Notes: generated by a model from the letters alone, not told the origin. A stretch of 12,458 bases of DNA from Oligoflexia bacterium (GCA_043732305.1 JAYTHU010000124.1:1-12458), one strand, 5' to 3'. Counted from the stretch's first letter, positions 1 through 6,727 are shown. Program-made: numbers and translations.

Positions 1-35
1 GCCCGCGAAAATCATAAACGGCAACATCCAGGCAC

Positions 36-58
36 AAAAAAACCACCTTTAGGTGGTT
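36..58 (-). terminator. Rho-independent terminator downstream of tRNA-Leu
   Basis: On the minus strand: AACCACC-TAAA-GGTGGTT (7-bp stem, 4-nt loop, 41-58) running into a T7 tract (plus-strand A-run 36-42), about 100 nt past the tRNA 3' end. Confidence 0.75.
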
Positions 59-158
59 CGTAATTTTTCGACTTATTCGATCTTCGGATTTGGGTTCGAA
101 GATTTGAGAAAGCTTGGCAGTTGGGCTTGGTAGCATGGGGTAGGTAAACCCCAGGAGT

Positions 159-247
159 TGGTGCTCATGGCCAGAATCGAACTGGCACGCCCCGTGAGGA
201 GCCCAGGATTTTAAGTCCTGTGCGTCTACCAATTCCGCCACACGAGC
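159..247 (-). tRNA. tRNA-Leu, anticodon UAA, 89 nt with encoded CCA
   Basis: Reverse complement folds as a cloverleaf: acceptor GCTCGTG/CATGAGC, D-arm GCG-GAATTGGTAGA-CGC, anticodon arm CAGGA-CTTAAAA-TCCTG, long variable arm (class II), T-arm GCCAG-TTCGATT-CTGGC, discriminator A + CCA. Confidence 0.97.
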
Positions 248-326
248 ACTTCCATTATTGACAGTAATCAAATTCTCTTATTTTATGGAAACTTGCAAAC
301 ACGATATTAAAAAAAAGGACAAAGCC

Positions 327-1061
327 GTGGAAAAACTGACCAAAGCAGACCTCAAACGCCCTGATGCCTTCATCACAGAGACTACAAAACTGGCGGAATG
401 GTCCTTCAAACACAAAAACTTGATGATTTCGATCGTTTTAGCGCTCGTTATCTTCGGAATTGGCTGGGCAGGATGGGGAGTTTACTCCGACGCTCGCGAA
501 TCAAAAGCGCAAAATCTTTTGTTTAGCGCAGAAAAAATAGTGAAAAAGTTAGAAACCCCTGAACTTCCGCCCAGTCCACCGGGAATCAAAACACCTCCGC
601 TCCCAGTCGCAAAACCCACTGAAGAGGCTTATCAGCCGGCATTAACAGCTTTGAAAAACGTGGTGATGACAGAGCCTTCCACTCAAGCCGGAGTTTTTGC
701 GGCGCTCGAGTTTGCGCGCATCAATAATCAGTTTAAAAAATATGGCGCTAACGTCGAAGTCCTGGAAAAAGTAAAATCAAGCGGATCCACACCCGTAACT
801 CGCGCCATGGTGTTAAATGCCTTGGCCGTGGCCTACGAAGGTAAAGGGGATTGCAACAAAGCCATCGAACAATGGACCACCATTGAATCGCGTGGAGACA
901 TGACGTTCATGCATGGCAATGCGTATTTAGAAAAAGGTCTTTGCTATGAGAGCCTCGGACAAAAAGATAAAGCAGAGCAAGTTTATAAAAAAGCCGAAGG
1001 TCTCGGCAAAAATCCTGAAGTGGCAAAGACTGCCAAAAAATACTTGAGACTCATGAAATGA
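327..1061 (+). CDS. YfgM-like membrane-anchored TPR protein (ancillary SecYEG/BAM-associated chaperone family)
   Basis: N-terminal 'KLTKADLKRPDAF..W..H' segment, one TM helix (LMISIVLALVIFGIGWAGWGVY), C-terminal TPR helices (LAVAYEGKGDCNKAIEQW; AYLEKGLCYESLGQKDKAEQVY). Directly upstream of a bamB-like gene, as in the yfgM-bamB arrangement. Start moved from the ORF-track TTG 258 to the in-frame GTG 327, which has AAGGA at 315-319. Confidence 0.8.
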   Translation: MEKLTKADLKRPDAFITETTKLAEWSFKHKNLMISIVLALVIFGIGWAGWGVYSDARESKAQNLLFSAEKIVKKLETPELPPSPPGIKTPPLPVAKPTEEAYQPALTALKNVVMTEPSTQAGVFAALEFARINNQFKKYGANVEVLEKVKSSGSTPVTRAMVLNALAVAYEGKGDCNKAIEQWTTIESRGDMTFMHGNAYLEKGLCYESLGQKDKAEQVYKKAEGLGKNPEVAKTAKKYLRLMK

Positions 1062-2218
1062 TCCTAAAAATGACGCAGATATGGACAAAAAGGTACCTGG
1101 TACCTTTGCTGGGTTTGCTGATGGGGTGTTCAACGGCAGCGCCAGTAGCGAAGCAAGCCAAGTTTACGACCGATTGGTCGCGCAGTACTCCAGCGGAAGA
1201 GAATTATCTGTATCGTCATAGTGAGCGCACAGCTCCCTTGATTGATGGTGACACCGTTTATCAGGGCAACGGAACTGACGGCGTTACTGCGTACACCAAA
1301 ACTGGCGGAAATTTAAAGTGGCGTTTTAAAGTTCTCAACGGAGTTGAGTCAGGCTTTGCTGTTGACGGTGGCTTTGTGTATTTTGGTGCGAGCGATGGAA
1401 ACTTCTACGCACTCAATAAAAATAATGGAAAGCTCGCTTGGGCTTTTCCTACTCGATCAGAAAATCTCGGCCAACCTGAAGTTGTTCAGGGTGTAGTTTA
1501 TTTTATTTCTGGGACAAATGTTCTCTATGCTCTCGATGCTAAAACTGGAAAACAGATTTGGAATTACAATCGGGGAGAAGTCAGTTCACTCAGCATTCGT
1601 GGAGCAGCTCGCCCGACCGTTTATAAAAATATTATTTATGGCGGATTCAGTGACGGTTATTTAGTGGCCGTGAATTTAATCGACGGAACAATGTTGTGGG
1701 AGCGCAAGCTTTCAACCAATTTGAAATTTGTCGATGTCGACGGTACACCTGTCGTCGATGAAAAAAACATTTGGGTGTCAAGTTACGACGGAGCTCTTTA
1801 CTGTCTCAGTCGAACCGACGGCCAAGTGCAGTGGAGAATGGAAGAAGGCGGATCCGTAGCTGTGACCATTGAAGGGGATAGACTTTATTTTCCATCCCTT
1901 GAACATGCGGTTTACTCGCTCAATAAAAATACCGGTGCCGTGATTTGGAAATATGTGTTCGATGAAAAATATGGCATTCCCACTCAAGTTGTTGTGCATC
2001 GTGGGTTAGCTATCTTTGGCGAGAGTGATGGCTTTGTCACGGCCGTTGGAGTGAATTCTGGAAAAAAACAAGCACAATATTTAACGGGAAATGGCGTGAT
2101 CGCCAGCCCCGCACTTGATGCCAAAACTTCATCGGTTATGATCTTTAGCAATCAAGCGAATCTTTATAAACTGCACATCGATTGGTATAATCCAGAAACT
2201 GAAAGCTTAAAATGGTAA
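1058..2218 (+). CDS. bamB: BamB-like PQQ-type beta-propeller outer-membrane lipoprotein
   Basis: Lipobox LMG|C24. Repeated PQQ-type blade motifs (YALNKNNGKLAW, YALDAKTGKQIW, VAVNLIDGTMLW, YCLSRTDGQVQW, YSLNKNTGAVIW). 386 aa. ATGA overlap with the yfgM-like stop. The start could instead be ATG 1070. Confidence 0.75.
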   Translation: MILKMTQIWTKRYLVPLLGLLMGCSTAAPVAKQAKFTTDWSRSTPAEENYLYRHSERTAPLIDGDTVYQGNGTDGVTAYTKTGGNLKWRFKVLNGVESGFAVDGGFVYFGASDGNFYALNKNNGKLAWAFPTRSENLGQPEVVQGVVYFISGTNVLYALDAKTGKQIWNYNRGEVSSLSIRGAARPTVYKNIIYGGFSDGYLVAVNLIDGTMLWERKLSTNLKFVDVDGTPVVDEKNIWVSSYDGALYCLSRTDGQVQWRMEEGGSVAVTIEGDRLYFPSLEHAVYSLNKNTGAVIWKYVFDEKYGIPTQVVVHRGLAIFGESDGFVTAVGVNSGKKQAQYLTGNGVIASPALDAKTSSVMIFSNQANLYKLHIDWYNPETESLKW

Positions 2219-2709
2219 AAAAAATCGCTCAGACTACTCGTTTCACTATTGCACTTTTGGCGCTCGCAACTACCATGGGATTAATCAGTGGTTGTTCTTC
2301 TGGTCAATGCAGCAACATTCCTGCTCGTCCCACCGCAGAAGAAAACAAAGCATCCACTCAAACGATTAACATGTCCGAGAATGAAAAACCGCTGATAGAG
2401 GTGGCTTCCGCAGCTGCAGTGCCTGCGCCAGTAGTGCCTGCACCAAAAAAAGAAGACACTATTCTTATTTACAAAGATTCTGGTGAAAAACAATGCGGGA
2501 TGGGAAAAACTGTTCCACTCGATGAAGCCAAAGCCATTTTGGAAAAGAAAAAAATTCTTGTATACGAATCACACACCCAAGATGATGGACTCATTCACAT
2601 GCAGCTCTGTGGATCCGCGTCAGGAAAGATTCACGTGTTCTCGATTTTGAAAAAGAATTTAAAAAAGGCTCAAACCTTGGGATTCAAGCCTCTCGTCACT
2701 CGTCTTTAA
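2212..2709 (+). CDS. Small lipoprotein of unknown function with a C-terminal two-Cys domain
   Basis: Signal peptide with lipobox ISG|C28, Ala/Pro-rich linker, then a compact domain 'IYKDSGEKQCG...DGLIHMQLCGSASGKIHVFSI'. Overlaps the bamB stop by 7 nt. Confidence 0.75.
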   Translation: MVKKIAQTTRFTIALLALATTMGLISGCSSGQCSNIPARPTAEENKASTQTINMSENEKPLIEVASAAAVPAPVVPAPKKEDTILIYKDSGEKQCGMGKTVPLDEAKAILEKKKILVYESHTQDDGLIHMQLCGSASGKIHVFSILKKNLKKAQTLGFKPLVTRL

Positions 2710-3950
2710 AAACTATAAGTTCCCATTAGGGTACATTGAACCGTAGTTGCAATTCCCCCTAGTCCAGCATAATGACATGTGCTTGTTGTCGAAACTTGCC
2801 CTTGGCAAGTAGACGGACACGATGACGCTGAAGTGCAACCTATAGACTGAGACGCTGGGCAAAGATAAACAGGCGCTGATGTTCCACCAAGCGCACTACA
2901 TGCAACAGGTTGACGCACCCCACTAGACATGTGCGTGTAGCAAACTGGACTTACAGACAAGTCTCCGACACAACTGGTCTGACACGCAGACATGGAATCA
3001 CACCCAGAGCTTGCTTGGTCAGGACAACTGTAAGGAGCCGAAACAGCAGGAACAAGAGCGCAAGCGGCAGTGTATGCCACGGCATTGAATCCATGCCAAG
3101 TGCAAGTAGAATTCTTCGTGACTTGCCCCAAACAGGTGGACCAACAAACCGTAGCATCATCACAAATGATGGATGAAATTAGCGGACAATTGTATCCCGA
3201 AAGACTTACAGGTGGCGGGACTGGAACAATAACAGTATTTGCGACAGTGATAGAAATTGCTGGCGCAGTGACGCTAAGATTATTCGCATCAGTCACAGTC
3301 ACGCCTGCTGAAAAAGTGCCTCCCGTAGCGAATACTGCTGCGCACGCGGATGAGGAAGTCGAGCAGGGTGGTGAACTCGAACCAGTAATGCCCCAGTTGT
3401 AAACGAACGGGGATTGCCCACCAGTGATTGCAGCATTGAGATTAACAGTGCCACCGGCTGCAATGGATGTTGTGTCGGAGGTTAAACTTATTGATGGAGA
3501 AACCACCGTCGTGCTTACCATAACGGGAACATTATAAGAGGTGGTGTGGCCTGCGGAGTCAGTGGCCGACACATTCAAATAAGATGTTCCAACATTTGAA
3601 AAATTTAAAGCACAAGTTCCTAAGGTGCTACTGCACGAAGTTACTGCCTGGTTCAAGATCCATTTAAAGGTGTAAGGAGATGTTCCACCAGTTGCGATTG
3701 CAGAAAAACTAATTTGTATATTCAATGCAGTGTTGACAGTGCTCGGATTCACGCTCAGCGAAAGAGGATTGGAAGTTGCGCCGCCCGTACTTGCCGCTCC
3801 AAGAGTGAGCCCATTCCCGGCAGGGGTCATCGAGCAATTCTGATAAACGGCCATTAAGCCCACCAGGCCGGCCGCTGAAAAGAACGTGAAAGCAACTCGT
3901 TTTTGTTTTTTAAACGAAAGGGCTCTTTCTAATTTCATTTTAATTTTCAT
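2706..3950 (-). CDS. Secreted lipoprotein/adhesin candidate: YQNC signal, two Ig/PKD-like domains, three six-Cys repeats
   Basis: Strong SD GGAGGAG (3959-3965) 8 nt before the ATG. Basic N-terminus + hydrophobic stretch ending YQNC39. Two Ser/Thr-rich beta-sandwich-like units with TGGxSP[YF]x[FY]xW. Cys-rich C-terminus. Confidence 0.8.
   Translation of the reverse strand: MKIKMKLERALSFKKQKRVAFTFFSAAGLVGLMAVYQNCSMTPAGNGLTLGAASTGGATSNPLSLSVNPSTVNTALNIQISFSAIATGGTSPYTFKWILNQAVTSCSSTLGTCALNFSNVGTSYLNVSATDSAGHTTSYNVPVMVSTTVVSPSISLTSDTTSIAAGGTVNLNAAITGGQSPFVYNWGITGSSSPPCSTSSSACAAVFATGGTFSAGVTVTDANNLSVTAPAISITVANTVIVPVPPPVSLSGYNCPLISSIICDDATVCWSTCLGQVTKNSTCTWHGFNAVAYTAACALVPAVSAPYSCPDQASSGCDSMSACQTSCVGDLSVSPVCYTHMSSGVRQPVACSALGGTSAPVYLCPASQSIGCTSASSCPSTCQGQVSTTSTCHYAGLGGIATTVQCTLMGTYSF
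2721..3194 (-). repeat. Three tandem protein-level six-cysteine repeats (period 54-55 aa)
   Basis: Units start at 3194 (YNCP), 3032 (YSCP) and 2867 (YLCP). All share the exact spacing YxCP-x6-C-x5-C-x3-C-x-G-x7-C-x13-C. Confidence 0.92.
3243..3764 (-). repeat. Two tandem Ig/PKD-like domains (approximate boundaries)
   Basis: LSLSVNPSTV..ISFSAIATGGTSPYTFKW..VSATDSAG aligns by eye with ISLTSDTTSI..VNLNAAITGGQSPFVYNW..VTVTDANN. Confidence 0.7.
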
Positions 3951-4005
3951 TTTGAAAACTCCTCCATGTGTCCGATAATGTTTCTTATGTTACATTAAAT
4001 GTTCT

Positions 4006-4875
4006 TCAGAATGTATCCCCAGCCACTGGAATTCTGAAAGCTTGCTGCATGACTTGAGCAGAAACGCTGCCAATCGAACATGAACTGTTGGTGCATCCGG
4101 GCCAAGACAAAGGACAAGCACAAAAAGACTGACACAAGCTCTGTAGTCCTATCCCTGCTTGAATGGGTGCTGAACTCGCGTTTTGATTGCAGAGCGCGCA
4201 GCCCGGAGCTCCAGGAGCAGCATGACAGTCTGGCGCACTGCTATTTGCAATGATTACAATCGAAGAGTTGCCATCTGCTAAAGATCTAGACTCATTGATC
4301 AACCAGTTAAACATCCCAGGTTTAGTAAAAAATAAACCCGCAACGTTTCTCAAGGGCTTTGCTGCATGACCAAAATTCTTTGTAGAAGCTCCATCCACAG
4401 TTCCGTAGAAAAACTTGTCTAATCGGGAAGCGAATCTTTCAATTCGATTAAACTCATGATCTTGAAATTTATCTTTAAGTTTAAACTCAATATTTTCTCC
4501 AGCAATTGTTTGAGGAGTAAAGCAATACGGCGTTGAAGAATCCACGTTTGTGAAGCACACTCCGCCCGTAGGCAATACAACCTTGGCGAACAATTCGTCA
4601 GGAGTACATTGAGGAGCGACAGATCCAGAGGGACATGTGTTCGCGCCCGCAGCGATGTACACCGCCATAGCCTGATCATATGCGCCCTTCACCGTTTTTG
4701 CTGCGGCTTCGGTCGCATCAGCAATTTTATAAGCTTCTTTAATTTGCGCATAATATCGAAGTCGATTGGCGGTGTAAATGTAGGTTGAAATCAATGAGGT
4801 TATCAAAACCGTAGTGATCACGATAACCGTAAGTAAAACTGCCTGACCATCTTGTTTCTTCAAAACACTTCGCAT
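4006..4875 (-). CDS. PilX-like / Tad-like minor pseudopilin, Cys-rich (12 Cys)
   Basis: Short basic leader KKQDG|QAVLLTVIVITTVLITSLI (class III-like signal, no Glu+5, as in PilX/GspK), followed by an amphipathic helix 'AYKIADATEAAA'. SD AAGGAG at 4882-4887 overlaps the upstream pilin stop. Confidence 0.65.
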   Translation of the reverse strand: MRSVLKKQDGQAVLLTVIVITTVLITSLISTYIYTANRLRYYAQIKEAYKIADATEAAAKTVKGAYDQAMAVYIAAGANTCPSGSVAPQCTPDELFAKVVLPTGGVCFTNVDSSTPYCFTPQTIAGENIEFKLKDKFQDHEFNRIERFASRLDKFFYGTVDGASTKNFGHAAKPLRNVAGLFFTKPGMFNWLINESRSLADGNSSIVIIANSSAPDCHAAPGAPGCALCNQNASSAPIQAGIGLQSLCQSFCACPLSWPGCTNSSCSIGSVSAQVMQQAFRIPVAGDTF

Positions 4876-4885
4876 ACCACGCTCC

Positions 4886-5818
4886 TTAAAAATTTTCTAA
4901 AGTCGGTGTTGTGAATTGATAAAAATAAAGTCCATTGTCGGGTCGCTCATATTGGCCAGTCCCCGTCAGACTCAGTCCCAAAATATTATCTCTTAAGGTC
5001 ACATTGATAGTAGATGAAATGTCCGTGAAATTTGAACCAGCGGCGGCAGCAGTGTTCGGATCCGAACTGTAATCTTTTATCGAGCTAACACCCTTAAAAT
5101 AGCGTGCTCGAACATATAGAGTCACTGAAGCAAGAGCGGGATAAGGCAATCCCGGTACTGCGCCGGACGCACCAGTAGCAAAAGAAGTTGTCGTCGCCAA
5201 ACCAAAACCAACTATCCGGTCGAAATAAAATTGACTTGATAAAGAGGAATCTATAGGAGTGAAAGATCCTCCGCCCGAGGCGAGAAATTGAGATATATAA
5301 AGACGTCCCGCTTGAGTTCCTTGGGGAGGAATAAAGAAAATTCCGGTGTCGACGTATTGGCTTGTTGGAGGACTCCCAGTGCCCAATCCGCTTTCTTTTA
5401 CAAAGTAAGCTAAAGGCGTCACAGTTCCACCAGGCCATCCAACCGGCCATGGGCTAGACATTGAACTATTTATGCAAAGAGACTCGGTGCAAGTTCTACT
5501 TATGTCGAAAAATCCGGTACCCACATTATTAGGAACAGTTCCATCTAAAGTGTTTGCCGTGCCACTAGCGAAATTACCAGTTGGATCTCCCGCCACAGCC
5601 ATCGTTTTTACGGCTTGAGATAAAGCTGATCGCAAATAGTAAGAAGTCAACAAAATGGATTGCTCAGCCTCATTCTGATCTATGAGGGAGTAGAATTGTT
5701 CGGCGGCAAACGTGAAGAATGTTGCCAAGACCATACTGACAATCCCCCCGATAGCGACGGCAACCATTAGTTCTGCAATAGTAAAGCCCTTTTGGGAAAA
5801 GCTTTTTACTGTTCTCAT
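4886..5818 (-). CDS. Type IV prepilin-like protein (PilW/PulJ-like minor pilin)
   Basis: Canonical prepilin cleavage/methylation motif SQKG|FTIAELMVAVAIGGIVSMV with Phe+1 and Glu+5. 310 aa, ending in a 'STINVTLRDN' strand typical of PilW-like proteins. Confidence 0.88.
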   Translation of the reverse strand: MRTVKSFSQKGFTIAELMVAVAIGGIVSMVLATFFTFAAEQFYSLIDQNEAEQSILLTSYYLRSALSQAVKTMAVAGDPTGNFASGTANTLDGTVPNNVGTGFFDISRTCTESLCINSSMSSPWPVGWPGGTVTPLAYFVKESGLGTGSPPTSQYVDTGIFFIPPQGTQAGRLYISQFLASGGGSFTPIDSSLSSQFYFDRIVGFGLATTTSFATGASGAVPGLPYPALASVTLYVRARYFKGVSSIKDYSSDPNTAAAAGSNFTDISSTINVTLRDNILGLSLTGTGQYERPDNGLYFYQFTTPTLENF

Positions 5819-5819
5819 A

Positions 5820-6323
5820 TCATTTTATGACGACGCTCTCCGGTCTGCTCTTTATTCTGTTCGCTAGCCGGTGTTCTCTTCGCTTGGCGGCTTCATCGAA
5901 ACGTCTGCGATCTTCGTCGTCTTCAGGAACTAATGGCGGGACTGCAATAGGTTTGTTGTTTGCATCTATAGCTACAAAAGTGAGATACGCCGATGCGGTG
6001 TGATGCCATTCCCCCGTCTGGGGATTTTCTGCATCCACCCTCACGCCCACTTCCATACTGGTACGTGAAGTAAAATTCACTCGTGCACGAAGTTGGACGA
6101 TCCACCCCTTCTTCACCGAAGCGACAAAGGAGAGATCATCGATACTCGCGGTCACCACTGACTTTCGCGAATGTCTTTGTGCGGCTATAGCCCCTGCTAT
6201 ATCGATCCAGCTCATAATTACTCCACCAAACACTGTTCCCAATGCGTTGGTGTGTCCCGGTAAAACCAACTCGGTCATCACGACATCGTCACCACCAAGT
6301 TGTCTACGCGTAGCTGCATCCAT
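5820..6323 (-). CDS. Acyl-CoA thioesterase (hotdog fold, YciA/long-chain acyl-CoA hydrolase family)
   Basis: Motif 'LVLPGHTNALGTVFGGVIMSWIDIAGAIAA', plus 'VVTASID', 'RTSMEVGVRV', 'AYLTFVAID' and a C-terminal 'RRFDEAAKRRE'. Confidence 0.93.
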   Translation of the reverse strand: MDAATRRQLGGDDVVMTELVLPGHTNALGTVFGGVIMSWIDIAGAIAAQRHSRKSVVTASIDDLSFVASVKKGWIVQLRARVNFTSRTSMEVGVRVDAENPQTGEWHHTASAYLTFVAIDANNKPIAVPPLVPEDDEDRRRFDEAAKRREHRLANRIKSRPESVVIK

Positions 6324-6328
6324 ATATA

Positions 6329-6356
6329 TCTTCGGCTATAACCGCCCCAAACTTGA
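6329..6356 (-). promoter_or_regulatory. Putative sigma28 (FliA)-type promoter for the thioesterase-pilin unit
   Basis: Minus strand TCAAGTTT-N12-GCCGAAGA versus consensus TAAAGTTT-N11/12-GCCGATAA (7/8 and 6/8 matches). Fills most of the 41-bp intergenic gap. Confidence 0.55.
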
Positions 6357-6364
6357 CTAAAGTC

Positions 6365-6727
6365 TTAAATCTTACCGGCTTCGTTGTTTCCAATGTTGTT
6401 ACTGATAGTTGCACCAGTTGCTCCAAGAGGAGAAACAGGAGCCGCTGCAGTAGCAGTTACAGTGGTCGCGATAGCAGTGTTTGCACCTGGAGCTGATTGG
6501 TTGTTGTTACCAAGGAAGTCCACATGGGGCATGCACCACACGATGAGTTGTGCGCGACTTTTGACTGCCATCTTTTTATAGATGTTGGTCAAATGAAATT
6601 TGACGGTTTTTTCGGTCACAAAAAGTTGATTTGCGACTTCTTTGTTTGAGAGACCTCGAGACACGAGTTCCGCCACTTCGGCTTCTCTATGACTGAGACC
6701 TTTTTGAGCTAAAATATCTTTGAGCAT
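6365..6727 (-). CDS. Solo LuxR/GerE-type HTH transcriptional regulator with low-complexity C-terminal tail
   Basis: 'LSHREAEVAELVSRGLSNKEVANQLFVTEKTVKFHLTNIYKKMAVKSRAQL' is a textbook LuxR HTH. No receiver or ligand domain. SD AGGGGGAG just upstream (6733-6740). Confidence 0.93.
   Translation of the reverse strand: MLKDILAQKGLSHREAEVAELVSRGLSNKEVANQLFVTEKTVKFHLTNIYKKMAVKSRAQLIVWCMPHVDFLGNNNQSAPGANTAIATTVTATAAAPVSPLGATGATISNNIGNNEAGKI

Noticed and set aside
1..27. Possible minus-strand ORF start (MLPFMIFAG...) running off the left edge
   Set aside because: Only 9 codons visible, no properly spaced SD, and it lies immediately after a terminator.
159..247. bldA-like regulatory role for tRNA-Leu(UAA)
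   Set aside because: TTA codons are used freely in the genes here, so the rare-codon control known from high-GC Streptomyces does not apply.
258..326. ORF-track TTG start for the yfgM-like gene
   Set aside because: Only 10 nt from the divergent tRNA 5' end, no SD, and the extension looks non-conserved. GTG 327 has an SD and gives a typical N-terminus. The TTGACA at 258 may be a -35 box, but no good -10 lies at 17 bp.
927..2493. Minus-strand ORFs 927..1133, 1778..1999 and 2281..2493
   Set aside because: Antisense to the yfgM-bamB-lipoprotein operon, short, and without recognisable features.
2910..3402. Antisense and alternate-frame ORFs 2910..3176, 2951..3163 and 3070..3402
   Set aside because: Fully inside the well-supported 2706..3950 gene, with no motifs. 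They are shadow ORFs.
3952..3978. Plus-strand TCCGATAA as an antisense sigma28 promoter into the PilX-like gene
   Set aside because: The -35 element is a poor match and there is no downstream + strand gene. Not supportable from sequence alone.
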